Source: Candidatus Binatia bacterium
Lineage (GTDB): Bacteria > Desulfobacterota > Binatia > HRBIN30
Direction: 5' to 3'
Assembly: GCA_937925685.1 (NCBI GenBank)
Contig: CALAMI010000008.1
Location: forward strand, 7,125 to 71,124
Length of the DNA: 64,000 nucleotides
Numbering within the stretch: the first letter of the stretch is position 1; every line of letters begins with the position of its first letter. Positions 50,335 to 60,275 of this stretch are shown here, piece after piece. Under the pieces are notes generated by a model that saw nothing but the letters and a program-made list of their open reading frames with translations, was not told where the DNA came from and did no database searches. Both the position numbers and the translations under genes were made by a program.

Positions 50335-51330
50335 TCACCGCGCTTCGCGCAAATGTTTCACCCGCCGCTCGTCAGCTAGTTGCTCTAGGATTTCCGTAAG
50401 AACCCAGGCAGGAGAATCGAGAATTCGGCGAGTTGCAGGTCGGTTGCTAGCAACGTCGAAGCTATAATGGCCCTCCCGCTGGGCAAGCAGTTCTTTCAGC
50501 GCTTCGCGGCCACGGTCGTGACCGAATTCTGCATCCACGATCGCCCCAGCGTCTAGGACAATGCTGCCGGTTCCATGAGGGGTTTCCACACGGAGGAAAC
50601 CGGACTGTTGAGCAGTGACCAAGGCAAGAAGATCACGCAGGAGCTTGTCGCTCCCTAACGAGCCAGTGACTCCACCGTTAAACCCCGAAGCGGTTTCGAG
50701 AGCATGCAACACGGTCTTTGCGGCGGAGGCCGCACGCGTCATGCCGTTACGCCGCGTGAGACGCGCATACGTCCGAAGGCCTGCCGCCGTGCATTGGCGC
50801 CGAAGCTCGGGCAGAAGCCGCTGGAGCTTTGCTTGCCGGTCACGAAAGGCGAGAGCATCCTCCAAGAGCGGGTCGAAAGCGTCATGCAAGGCGTTGCTGA
50901 GGATACGATTTGGCTCGAGCAAAATGTGAAGCTCTCCATCGATTTCTACGAGATGGCCCACGGGATGGCCGCCGTCTCTTACGACCGCGCTCGTTACAGG
51001 TGACCGCTCGGCTAAATCCAGCTCACGAACGCCCGTAAGCTCATCCACACGCAAAGCCAGCAGCGCCGACCCGGAGCGGACCACGGCAAATGCCGGCCGC
51101 TCCCCGGTACCGAGGACCTCCTCCAAACCGAACGCTTGGCGGAGATCTACCACCCAGGCCGGTTGACCCTGGTGGAGGAGGAACTGCTGCGTTGAGCCAT
51201 CTGCCCCTTTAAGGTTGTGCAGCGTAATCTCCTTGCGGGGATAGATGGCCTCGACCCAATCAGCGTGGATGCAGAATTTTCCGTCGTCGACACGGAAAAC
51301 CAAAACACGACTTGTCAGTGTCTGTATCAT
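50335..51330 (-). CDS. CheW domain fused to PATAN/DUF4388-like domain
   Basis: N-terminal CheW-like (VVDLR..FG, ALRVDEL.GV); C-terminal LRDLLALV...QQSG.LRV....G.I....G.IVDA......GREALKELL....G.YSF; GGAG RBS. Confidence 0.8.
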   Translation of the reverse strand: MIQTLTSRVLVFRVDDGKFCIHADWVEAIYPRKEITLHNLKGADGSTQQFLLHQGQPAWVVDLRQAFGLEEVLGTGERPAFAVVRSGSALLALRVDELTGVRELDLAERSPVTSAVVRDGGHPVGHLVEIDGELHILLEPNRILSNALHDAFDPLLEDALAFRDRQAKLQRLLPELRRQCTAAGLRTYARLTRRNGMTRAASAAKTVLHALETASGFNGGVTGSLGSDKLLRDLLALVTAQQSGFLRVETPHGTGSIVLDAGAIVDAEFGHDRGREALKELLAQREGHYSFDVASNRPATRRILDSPAWVLTEILEQLADERRVKHLREAR

Positions 51331-51572
51331 CTGCCGACTCTCCACCGTAAGCCCTCCCGATTCGCGCACCACCCAGCAGAAGCTGTGCCAGGTGTGAGGC
51401 GTGACATGCTTGCCAATTTGCGCGCGCCCGTTTGGCTATCGCGCTGCTACTCGGTTGGCGCAGTGTTGGTTTGGTGGCGCACAAATTGGGGGAGGTGAAC
51501 GAATTTGTCAGTGTTTTATCAGCAGCTGTGCGAATTTTGGGGACAGCATGAGGTTTGCTCTCGCTCTGGGCT

Positions 51573-51953
51573 ATGGTGCTACGGATGGTCTGTTGCGCAA
51601 CTGCGTGGCTTTGGTTGGCCTTGAATGGCCCCGCGTTTGGCCAATCTGTGGATTGGAGCGAGTACTTTCCGAACGACCCACTTGCCCGTCCCCAGCAGCG
51701 TGCGAAAGGAACGAAACCGGGTTTCTCGAATGAACCGGAAAAGGTGCTAGAACCCCAAGGCGGGGGCAGCCAATATGAACCAGCTTCAACTCGCGGTGAG
51801 ATTGGTTCTCAAAAGGACAACACGAGGGTTCTCACTCGAACAGGGAAAGACAGGACGCGATCGAGGGCCGGCGGGCAGAAGGATCCTGCGGTGAGAAGCA
51901 AAACTAGCCAGAAGGGGAGGGCGAAAACTTCGGTGAATCTGCGCGGTGAGTGA
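51573..51953 (+). CDS. Possible small secreted, low-complexity protein
   Basis: Signal-peptide-like N-terminus ending PAFG/QSVDW, then a charged disordered tail; no family recognised. Confidence 0.35.
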   Translation: MVLRMVCCATAWLWLALNGPAFGQSVDWSEYFPNDPLARPQQRAKGTKPGFSNEPEKVLEPQGGGSQYEPASTRGEIGSQKDNTRVLTRTGKDRTRSRAGGQKDPAVRSKTSQKGRAKTSVNLRGE

Positions 51954-53169
51954 CCGACAATGAGGCCAGAAACGGCGGCCCTGAAGTGACTACACCCGCG
52001 GAGCCTTTTGGGAAGTCCTTTGCTTTAGAAATTGAGGCGAGCTGGCCTATCGGTGGGCACACCAACCACAAGTTTTCTGTCAACGTTGGCCTTCGTCCGG
52101 ATCGGGCCATAGGTGTAGCTTCGACGACGTTCATCCCAGTCCGTATCCACCTGGGCCAGCTGAGCCGTAGTCTGTCGCCTCTTTCCAGTGTAGTTCCCTT
52201 CCCACCTTAACTGCCGATCGATAACCACGCTGGATGCAAAGGTTACATACCTCCTCAGGTTTCTTCCGGGGAGGTGGTGTGCACGATCTGCGGGCAGAGT
52301 TGTGCCTGTCTTTTCCCGCAAGGTTGTGGCATAGATTGCTCCAGCACAGTTGACCGAGTTGAACGGCGTGGAGGATCTGAGATTAGTGGGCGCTGGAAGC
52401 TTTGGCTAAAAGACTTCGTTTGAGCGAATTTGACACCGTATTTATCCTGAGGCTTGCTGAACACTTGCTCACCATTCAGAGGGCTATTTGCGACCCACAA
52501 GTTCGTTCTGTTGCACTAGTGCACTTTCCAGCCCTGCCGTAAAACGCTGCGCCTTGGGCGGTTCAGCGAACCAAGGGCAGCTGAAGAACACCGCGCCGAC
52601 ATAGGTTGGCCAGGCCAAGATCTGGAGCGGTGAGGGCGGCCAGCCTTCGCAAAGGGCAGTGTGTTGCTGCCGTTGAGTAGTTTGCCCGCATGACCGTCTT
52701 ACTTAGAATATCACCATTGACAGACAAATTTCTTTGTGATTTAGGCGAGCCCTACAACGGGTTGACGTGGGTCTTTCGAGAGTCCCAGTTTTAAAAAACT
52801 AATGGTTTCTCGTTGTGCGACAGCATCGGAGCGGATGTTATCGAAAGTGGGCCGTGGGTTAGACCGATAGAGTCGGGTGGCATGGAGTGGTTGGGTAGAC
52901 CGCAGTACGTCGCAAGCGGTGTGGGAAGGGCTGGGGAGGCCAAAATGTTTGGGAAACCGATACGAGATGCGGTGGATCTAGGACGAAGTTGCGCTCCACC
53001 GTGGCGTAAGGCTGTTGTACTTTTGCGGTCAGTTCAGGGCCGAAGCTTCCGCTTTCCTGCCGTGGTGGCGGTTTAATTCGTGGAGTGTGAAGCGAACAAG
53101 CGTCTAGGATGCATTCTCGGTAGCGTAAGTTACGGCCACGGTATTGTTTGTGGGGAAAGGGGGTTCGAG

Positions 53170-54468
53170 ATGACTCGTTATCGGTTTGCAGTTGCTGTAG
53201 TCTCTGCGGCTCTGTTACCCATCGCTGTCAGCGGGAACGATTACGGTCAACCACCAGCGCCGCAGCCACCAGCAGGGCTCTGGGAGAGTTGGGAAATTGG
53301 GCAGAGCTCGGTTACCGGCGAGACGTACGTGGTAGACGAGGACAACGAAGACAATGCCGGCTCGGGCACTCCAGATGGTGACATGGGCGCGGCTGTGGGG
53401 TGCTTATTCAGGAGCGACTCGCGGCATCCGATTGAGTTCAACATCTTCGTAACCGGCGGGCTGCCGACGACATCGGCAGCGTTGTTCTTGGAGTCTTGGG
53501 ACGTGGACTACGACTGTGGATTTCCGCCGTGCGAGCGCGATGCGGTATACTTCAACGACACAGAGGTTGGTTTCTTGACGGGGGCGAATAATGAATGGTC
53601 GAACCCGATGTTCGCCATTCCCTTGAACCTGGTGCTGCCTGGCAAGAACGTCGTTCGTATCCAGGTCGACACGTTGTTGACTGGCCGATGGTGCACTTGG
53701 ATTCGGCGCGCCCAGCTCCTTATAGACGGGGGACGCCCTGCGACCGCCTCCTGTCGCGCGATTGCAACGTCACAGCAAACTTATTTGCCCGGCGATACCG
53801 TTACCGTAATCGTCGAAGCGGATACAACGCTCGCCTCGCAGAATTTGAGATTTGAGGTCAACCTCAAGAATGCCGACGGCCAGATCATCAACGGCACGAG
53901 CCGAGTTGTAACCGTCACCGACGCTGTGGACGATCCTCAGGTGTTCATGCTCGGCTTAGGATCGGCGCCCCCCGGTGCCTATAGTGCGGAAGCCCTTCTC
54001 TTCGACGCTGAAACCGGCGTGTTGCAAAATATGTGTTCGACTACCTTCACCGTTGCCTCTCCGCTTCTTGAGGTTGCCCCTGATAGAGGGCACGTTTTCC
54101 CAATCACCGTAGTTGGGGCCTCCAGAACTGTGACGTATAGAATCCGCAACGTGGGTGGTGGGACCCTGAACGGAACTGCGTCGACGCCATGCGATGGATT
54201 TACGGCAGCGCCCACGACGTTTGGGCCGCTGGCAGCGAGCCAAGAAACTACCGTAGTGGTCACTTTCACGCCGCCGGGCGAGGGGACGTTTCTTTGTCAA
54301 CTCGAAATCGCCTCGAACGGTGGCAATGCCCAGCGGCCACTGAGCGGCCGCGGGTTCCTTCCGGTTATCCCGGTAGTCAGGTCACCTGTTTCTCCGGCCG
54401 GATTGGTGATGATCAGTTTGCTGGGGATTGGGATGCTGTGGGTGCTCTGGGTGCGAAGGCGGGCTTAA
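53170..54468 (+). CDS. Secreted beta-rich protein with Ig-like/ASH-like domain and IPTL-CTERM-like C-terminal sorting signal
   Basis: Signal peptide; IRNVGGGTLNG...VTFTP...G.....LEIASNGG...LSGRG; tail IPVVRSPVSPAG + TM + RRRA. Confidence 0.8.
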   Translation: MTRYRFAVAVVSAALLPIAVSGNDYGQPPAPQPPAGLWESWEIGQSSVTGETYVVDEDNEDNAGSGTPDGDMGAAVGCLFRSDSRHPIEFNIFVTGGLPTTSAALFLESWDVDYDCGFPPCERDAVYFNDTEVGFLTGANNEWSNPMFAIPLNLVLPGKNVVRIQVDTLLTGRWCTWIRRAQLLIDGGRPATASCRAIATSQQTYLPGDTVTVIVEADTTLASQNLRFEVNLKNADGQIINGTSRVVTVTDAVDDPQVFMLGLGSAPPGAYSAEALLFDAETGVLQNMCSTTFTVASPLLEVAPDRGHVFPITVVGASRTVTYRIRNVGGGTLNGTASTPCDGFTAAPTTFGPLAASQETTVVVTFTPPGEGTFLCQLEIASNGGNAQRPLSGRGFLPVIPVVRSPVSPAGLVMISLLGIGMLWVLWVRRRA

Positions 54469-55461
54469 GCGGCGATAAGACCACGGGTTGCGTAGCCGCT
54501 TTGGCGTCGGCGAGAGCAGGGCGGCTAAGAATCGTCCTGACTTGCGGAAACCCGCGCTGTTTTGTCGTGTAAAACCAGAGGCAACGCGCTCGAATACGCA
54601 GTGGTTCCCAGTTGCGGGCGCTAGTTCCTGGAAGTTGCGTTTATTCGTGACGGCCTCGTTCCCGGGGTCCGACTTAGCTTCGGCATGGTTGGTCAGAAGC
54701 TCAGGTTTGCTATCTTGCGAAGCCATTGAACCATCTCCTCGGAAGCGCCGCCTTAAAACCCAACGCTCGCTGGTTTGGCAATCTTATTGGCGCTCGGGAA
54801 CTCCTGGAAACGGGCGATCATGAGGGATGAAGCTCCAGGAAGCTGGGGATTGATAGCGACGATTACTCCATAAGATAAGATAAGATCGCCAGTAGAACCC
54901 GTGGTGTGCTCCCCCCGGGGAAGGCAGGTACCCGAGGTGCTGATTAAATCCGCGGCCGTCCAGTTCACGGCTAGCTTCCGGGTTGGCCACGCGACTGGGC
55001 GGTTCGCACGTGGCCATGGGTGACCAACGCTGCGCAAGCGATTGATTCTCCGAGGATTGCAGATAGTAGACCGCTGTACCCTGCGGGGGGGGGAATGCAA
55101 CGTTGCCAAGAGGTGCGGCGGCGAATTACGCCGTGTCGGCAAGTATCCCGCCTCTCTACTAAAGTAACGGGTCCACCCCTTTACCGTCGAATTCCCGTGC
55201 GACCCGCCGATGGCGTCTCGGAGCGGCGAGTCCATCCGTCTGAAACCAGATGTTTTCCCAGCGAAAAAATATTGTGCCCCGTGTGCCCCTCGATCTAAGG
55301 GCTCTTCCCTTCCTACAGCCTTCTTCAACCGCGCTGAAGCGAGGCACCGGCCGGTGTTCCCCTGCTTCTTGGGGGACTGACTTTGCCTGTCGTTGCCGGA
55401 ATGAACGGCTGCACGCCCAAAGGTGGCAGTTGCCGCAGCGTTCGGGTAAGGTTACCGACTC

Positions 55462-56436
55462 GTGTCGTCACGTTCGCGCCACAAGGAAGGCGAGTTCACG
55501 TTTCTTCGCAAGCTACTGGCGCGTGTACCTACGGGCCGAGGGGTAGTCGTAGGACCAGGACATGATGCAGCAAGGGTGAGGGCGGGTGCCAAAGACTGGC
55601 TTTTGACCGTAGATAGTCAAGTAGAAGGAGTACACTTTCAGCGTGCTTGGCTTTCGTTGTCGGCATTAGGGCGGCGAAGCTTCCGCGTGGCTGCAAGTGA
55701 CATTGCTGCGATGGGTGGGAGGGCGCGATTCGTTTTGGTGGACTGTGGCGTACCGGAACGTTTGCCTTTGGCGTCTCTCCAGCGCATCGAGCTTGGATTG
55801 GTGGAAGAGGCGCAGGCCTGGGGTGCCTGGGTGGTCGGGGGAAATCTGCATCGATCGGTTGAACTTGCTTTGAGCGTGACCGTTGTTGCCGAGGCCCCTC
55901 GGCGGCGGGTGGACCGCGGAGCAGCCCGCCCCGGAGAGCTGGTAGCGGTAACCGGGAACTTTGGAGACGCCGCTTTGTGTGTGCACCTGTTGCGCTCAAG
56001 GCGACCCTGCCCCCCTGGTTTGTTGCGCCGTTGGCAAATGCCTCCCCGGCTCGACCGCTTGGGTCGGATGTTAGTGGAGGGTGGCTTGCCCTCAGCAATG
56101 ATCGATGTAAGCGATGGGCTGGTGCAGGATTTACAGCACGTTTGCGAGGTAAGTGGTGTCGGGGCAGAGTTGAATGCGGCGTCGGTGCCGCGGAGCCAAG
56201 CTTACCGAAGGCTGGTGGGAGACGACCTGACGTTTGCCTTAAGCGGAGGCGAGGATTACGAGCTATTGTTTACAGTGCCCGCCAAAAGGCTCGAAGCAGT
56301 TCGACAACTCGCTCGCCGTGAAGGTGTGGCGTTAACGGTAATTGGACGCGTCGTCCGAGGCCACCGTGTCGTGGTCGAGCAGCAAGGTAGGGAATTGCAT
56401 CTTCAACGCTTTGGTTTCGATCATTTCGCGGGTTGA
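55462..56436 (+). CDS. thiL: Thiamine-monophosphate kinase
   Basis: GEF, GPGHDAA, EGVHF, SDIAAMGG, VTG.FGDAA, IDVSDGL, SGGEDYELLFT, GFDHF. Confidence 0.94.
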   Translation: MSSRSRHKEGEFTFLRKLLARVPTGRGVVVGPGHDAARVRAGAKDWLLTVDSQVEGVHFQRAWLSLSALGRRSFRVAASDIAAMGGRARFVLVDCGVPERLPLASLQRIELGLVEEAQAWGAWVVGGNLHRSVELALSVTVVAEAPRRRVDRGAARPGELVAVTGNFGDAALCVHLLRSRRPCPPGLLRRWQMPPRLDRLGRMLVEGGLPSAMIDVSDGLVQDLQHVCEVSGVGAELNAASVPRSQAYRRLVGDDLTFALSGGEDYELLFTVPAKRLEAVRQLARREGVALTVIGRVVRGHRVVVEQQGRELHLQRFGFDHFAG

Positions 56437-56482
56437 TATTGCCGCGGCCGGGCAAGCGTGTCTTTGCATCGGGGTGGGGCCC

Positions 56483-57232
56483 ATGGAACCGAAGAGACTA
56501 AGAGAGCTGCTTAAAAACGTCGAACAAGGACGAATGACTGCGCGAGAAGCGTTCGAGGCACTCAAGCTGTTGCCCTATGAGGACCTGGAATTCGCCAAGG
56601 TCGATCACCATCGCGCTCTCAGAACCGGCTTTCCTGAAGTCATTTACGCTCCGGGTAAGACAGCGGAGCACATTGTCGAGATTGCTCGTGCACTTCGAGC
56701 CAAGGGACATAATGTCTTGGTCACCCGCGTAGAGCCAACGACTGCCGATCTCCTAAAGAACGCGCTGCCGGAATGCCGCTATTACGCTCTAGGCCGAGTC
56801 GTCACGGTGGAGGGGAAACGACGGAAAATCATCGGTAAAGGTCAGATCGCTGTGGTTGCCGCGGGCACCGCAGACCTGCCGGTTGCTGAGGAAGCCGCGG
56901 TAACGGCGGAGTTTTTCGGCAACCGTGTTCAACGCCTGCACGATGTTGGGGTCGCCGGGTTGCACCGCTTGCTCGCTCACATCGACACGTTGCGCCGCGC
57001 CCGTGTGGTTATTGTCGTCGCCGGAATGGAGGGGGCCTTGCCGAGCGTCGTTGCTGGTTTGGTGGATCGCCCGGTCATCGCCGTTCCGACAAGCATTGGC
57101 TATGGTGCCAGCTTTGGAGGGTTGGCTGCGCTTTTGGCGATGTTGAATTCCTGCGCAGCGGGAGTGACAGTTGTCAACATCGACAACGGCTTTGGTGCCG
57201 CGATGGCGGCAACGCTAATCAATCGATGGTGA
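56483..57232 (+). CDS. larB: Nickel-pincer cofactor biosynthesis protein LarB (PurE-like)
   Basis: AKVDHHR..RTGFPEVIY..GKT, AGTADLPVAEEA, DVGVAGLHRL, AGMEGALPSVV, VNIDNGFGAA. Confidence 0.93.
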   Translation: MEPKRLRELLKNVEQGRMTAREAFEALKLLPYEDLEFAKVDHHRALRTGFPEVIYAPGKTAEHIVEIARALRAKGHNVLVTRVEPTTADLLKNALPECRYYALGRVVTVEGKRRKIIGKGQIAVVAAGTADLPVAEEAAVTAEFFGNRVQRLHDVGVAGLHRLLAHIDTLRRARVVIVVAGMEGALPSVVAGLVDRPVIAVPTSIGYGASFGGLAALLAMLNSCAAGVTVVNIDNGFGAAMAATLINRW

Positions 57233-57502
57233 GCACGACCTCGAGGAAGAAAGATGCACTCACTGCCTCAATGAGAGATAAAATGCTCCACACCGTGCCT
57301 ACCAAGAGGATTGAGGTTTTGGCTAGACGGGGAAATGCGTGATCCGTTACATTAGCCGGCATTATCTTGGGGATGCGAACATAAAGGGAACCTAGGGTGA
57401 GCCGCAAGCAGGGACGCTCGCGGTATGGGGCTTGCTTATCGGCCAAACTGAACTGCTTTCCTGAAGCAGGATCTTACAAGCGTTGGAAAGGACAAAACAG
57501 CA

Positions 57503-57964
57503 ATGGTGAACATGTTTCTGGTGTTTGTTTTCTTTTTCGTGCTCACCGTGGGGGCGTGTTCTCATTCGTCGGAAGAGAACCGTGCCCAGCAGGCTGTCCC
57601 GGGACAGCCTGCACCTCCAGCAGGCCATGCCAGCAAGGGCGTTGGCCCGATTCAAAGCGTGCAGCTCGGCCCACTGGATAGTTCGATGGCAGAAAAGGGC
57701 AAAGCTGCATTCGAGCAGAAATGTGCTGCCTGCCATCGGTTCGAAGAGCGATTTGTCGGGCCACCATTGAAAGGGGTTACGGAAAGAAGGACTCCGGAGT
57801 GGATTATGAATATGATCCTCAATCCTGTAGAGATGACCCAAAAAGATCCTGCGGCGAAGGAACTGCTAGCGAATTATCTCACGCAAATGACCTATCAGAA
57901 CGTTTCCGAAGAGGAAGCGCGGGCGATTTTGGAATACTTTCGTCAGTTTGACGGAGCCTCTTGA
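57503..57964 (+). CDS. Monoheme cytochrome c lipoprotein, nos-associated
   Basis: Lipobox VGAC, CAACH heme motif, GPPLKGVTERRTPEWIMNMILNP.EM...DP. Confidence 0.92.
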   Translation: MVNMFLVFVFFFVLTVGACSHSSEENRAQQAVPGQPAPPAGHASKGVGPIQSVQLGPLDSSMAEKGKAAFEQKCAACHRFEERFVGPPLKGVTERRTPEWIMNMILNPVEMTQKDPAAKELLANYLTQMTYQNVSEEEARAILEYFRQFDGAS

Positions 57965-58249
57965 TCCCAGTCCATTCAGGTCGACGGTAGCTCGACAGTT
58001 CCTGCAACAGGAAGCCGTGGTGCCTGGCGGTTGCCCGCGACCGTTCCATTGTGTTCGTGGGTTAAAAATGCAGGCATTCGGCGAGTGTTGTCCTTCTCGT
58101 AACCCCGGGTTCAACAAAACCGCGCCATCGCGTAGTTGAGACGCTGGGTGAAGATGCCTTATGCATTCGTGCGAAACGCTCATCGGGTAAAGGGGGTGAA
58201 CCCCGGTAAGCTCTAGGTACCGCCACGCCGTCGTTCGCGGCACCGCAAT

Positions 58250-58266
58250 TGCGACAAACTGTCGCA
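58250..58266. promoter_or_regulatory. Perfect palindrome TGCGACA-N3-TGTCGCA, candidate RegA/PrrA-like operator upstream of nosZ
   Basis: 7-bp inverted repeat ending 28 nt before the nosZ ATG, just upstream of the AAGGAGG RBS. Confidence 0.55.
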
Positions 58267-58294
58267 CGGAGGTGGAAACTCAAGGAGGTGAGCT

Positions 58295-60262
58295 ATGAGC
58301 AGAACAGGCTACGCGCGGCCGCTGAGTCTGAGCATTTTGTTGGTTTTTCTTTTATTATTCGCCACTTCGTGTAAGCAGCAGGTATCGACACAGGGCTTTA
58401 TGGCCGAAGATGCAGCGCAGAAAGTTTATGTGCCGCCAGGAAAGCACGACGAATTTTATGCTTTTCTCTCCGGGGGCTTTTCGGGGCAGCTGGCTGTCTA
58501 CGGATTACCTTCGGGCCGACTCTTGCGCGTCGTGCCGGTGTTTTCCGTGAATCCAGAGAATGGATACGGTTTTTCCGAAGAAACGAAACCATTGTTGATG
58601 ACCTCTCACGGCTTCGTGCCATGGGACGACTACCACCACCCGGAGTTGTCGCAAACCAACGGTGTACCGGATGGGCGATGGGTATTTGGCAACTCAAATA
58701 ACACGCCCCGAATTGCGCGAACGGATCTTAGAACTTTCCAAACCGTCGAGATTCTGGAGATCCCAAATTCGGGAGGAAATCACGCGTCGCCGTTCGTCAC
58801 GCCCGACACGAGGTACGTCGTTTCAGCCACTCGCTTTTCCGTCCCCGTGCCCCAGCGCGATGTGCCCATCCAATCCTACAAAGAGAACTTTAAAGGTACA
58901 CTGAATTTCATCAGCGTCGATCCAAACTCCGGACGAATGAGCCTCGCATTTCAAATCGTGGTGCCCGGTTTCAACTACGATCTTGCTCATTGCGGCAGGG
59001 GTCCGTCCTATGGCTGGTGCTTTTTCACATCGTATAACACCGAGCAGGCGCACACATTGCTGGAAATTCGGGCATCGCAGAACGACAAAGATTTCATCGC
59101 TGCTGTCAACTGGCAGCGGGCGGAACAATGCCTTAAAGAGGGTAAAGGGCAGAAATGGCAGACGGAATACTACCACAATGTCTACGATGAGGAACGCCAC
59201 GCGGCCTCGAGCGAAGTGAGGCGCGAGGTGACCGTGTTAGAGGCGTCGGCGTGCCCAGGTGTTGTCTTTTATTTGCCTACGCCGAAGTCGCCCCACGGTG
59301 TCGATGTCGATCCGACCGGAGAGTATATCGTTGGCGGTGGGAAGCTGGCGACGGTGATTCCCGTCCACTCGTTTACGAAGATGCAAAAAGCCATTGCGGA
59401 GAAGAAGTTCGCGGGTGAAGTGGCCGGAATCCCCGTGTTGGCCTACGAGGCGACGATCGCGGGTGAGGTCGAGAAGCCCTGTCTGGGGCCCCTGCACACA
59501 GAGTTCGACGGGCAAGGTTTTGCCTATACATCGTGCTTCGTGAGTTCTGAGGTGGTGAAGTGGGAACTCGGTACGTGGAAGGTGGTCGACCGGGTGCCCA
59601 CTTACTACTCAGTTGGGCATTTGCTGATCCCCGGGGGCGACTCGCAAAAACCCTGGGGCAAGTATTTGGTCGCCATGAACAAAATTACCAAAGATCGCTA
59701 CCTGCCAACCGGTCCTGAATTAGCTCAGTCGGCCCAGCTCTACGACATCTCAGGGAAGAAGATGAAGTTGCTGCTTGACTTTCCCACGGTGGGCGAGCCG
59801 CACTATGCGCAAGCCTTACCGGCAGAACTGATCAAAGATCGAGTGGCAAAAATTTACCCGATTGAAAAAAACAATCATACCCATGCGGTGAAAAGCGAGA
59901 AAGATGCTCGGGTCGAGCGCCGTGGCAACGAGGTGCATGTGTACATGACAGTGATTCGTAGCCACTTCACCCCTGACAACATCGAGGGGATTCAGTTGGG
60001 GGACACCGTGTACTTTCACGTGACGAATCTCGAGCAAGATTGGGATATTCCTCACGGCTTTGCTGTTTTTGGCAGCGAAAATGCAGAATTGTTGATTATG
60101 CCGGGAGAGACGCGGACTTTGAAATGGGAACCCAAAAAAGTGGGGGTGTACCCGTTCTACTGCACTGACTTCTGTTCGGCTTTACACCAAGAAATGCAGG
60201 GATACGTGCGAGTCTCTGAAACAGGTGCCAACGTGCCTCTCACCTACGGTACTGGGAAGTAG
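58295..60262 (+). CDS. nosZ: Clade II (Sec-dependent) nitrous-oxide reductase
   Basis: No RR Tat motif, lipobox FATSC; CuZ His motifs DYHH, GNH, SPHG, GPLH, GH, EPH; CuA HGF...CTDFCSALHQEM. Confidence 0.98.
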   Translation: MSRTGYARPLSLSILLVFLLLFATSCKQQVSTQGFMAEDAAQKVYVPPGKHDEFYAFLSGGFSGQLAVYGLPSGRLLRVVPVFSVNPENGYGFSEETKPLLMTSHGFVPWDDYHHPELSQTNGVPDGRWVFGNSNNTPRIARTDLRTFQTVEILEIPNSGGNHASPFVTPDTRYVVSATRFSVPVPQRDVPIQSYKENFKGTLNFISVDPNSGRMSLAFQIVVPGFNYDLAHCGRGPSYGWCFFTSYNTEQAHTLLEIRASQNDKDFIAAVNWQRAEQCLKEGKGQKWQTEYYHNVYDEERHAASSEVRREVTVLEASACPGVVFYLPTPKSPHGVDVDPTGEYIVGGGKLATVIPVHSFTKMQKAIAEKKFAGEVAGIPVLAYEATIAGEVEKPCLGPLHTEFDGQGFAYTSCFVSSEVVKWELGTWKVVDRVPTYYSVGHLLIPGGDSQKPWGKYLVAMNKITKDRYLPTGPELAQSAQLYDISGKKMKLLLDFPTVGEPHYAQALPAELIKDRVAKIYPIEKNNHTHAVKSEKDARVERRGNEVHVYMTVIRSHFTPDNIEGIQLGDTVYFHVTNLEQDWDIPHGFAVFGSENAELLIMPGETRTLKWEPKKVGVYPFYCTDFCSALHQEMQGYVRVSETGANVPLTYGTGK

Positions 60263-60275
60263 GGAGGGGCTAGGC

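Noticed and set aside
54469-55461. TPP riboswitch upstream of thiL
   Set aside because: Conserved CTGAGA and ACCTGAT...AGGGA elements not found
57333-57353. CRP/FNR-like site upstream of the nos cytochrome c
   Set aside because: Too many mismatches to either consensus
58190-58215. GGGGGTGAA resembling a tmRNA 5' end
   Set aside because: No following TCGAC motif or tRNA-like 3' end
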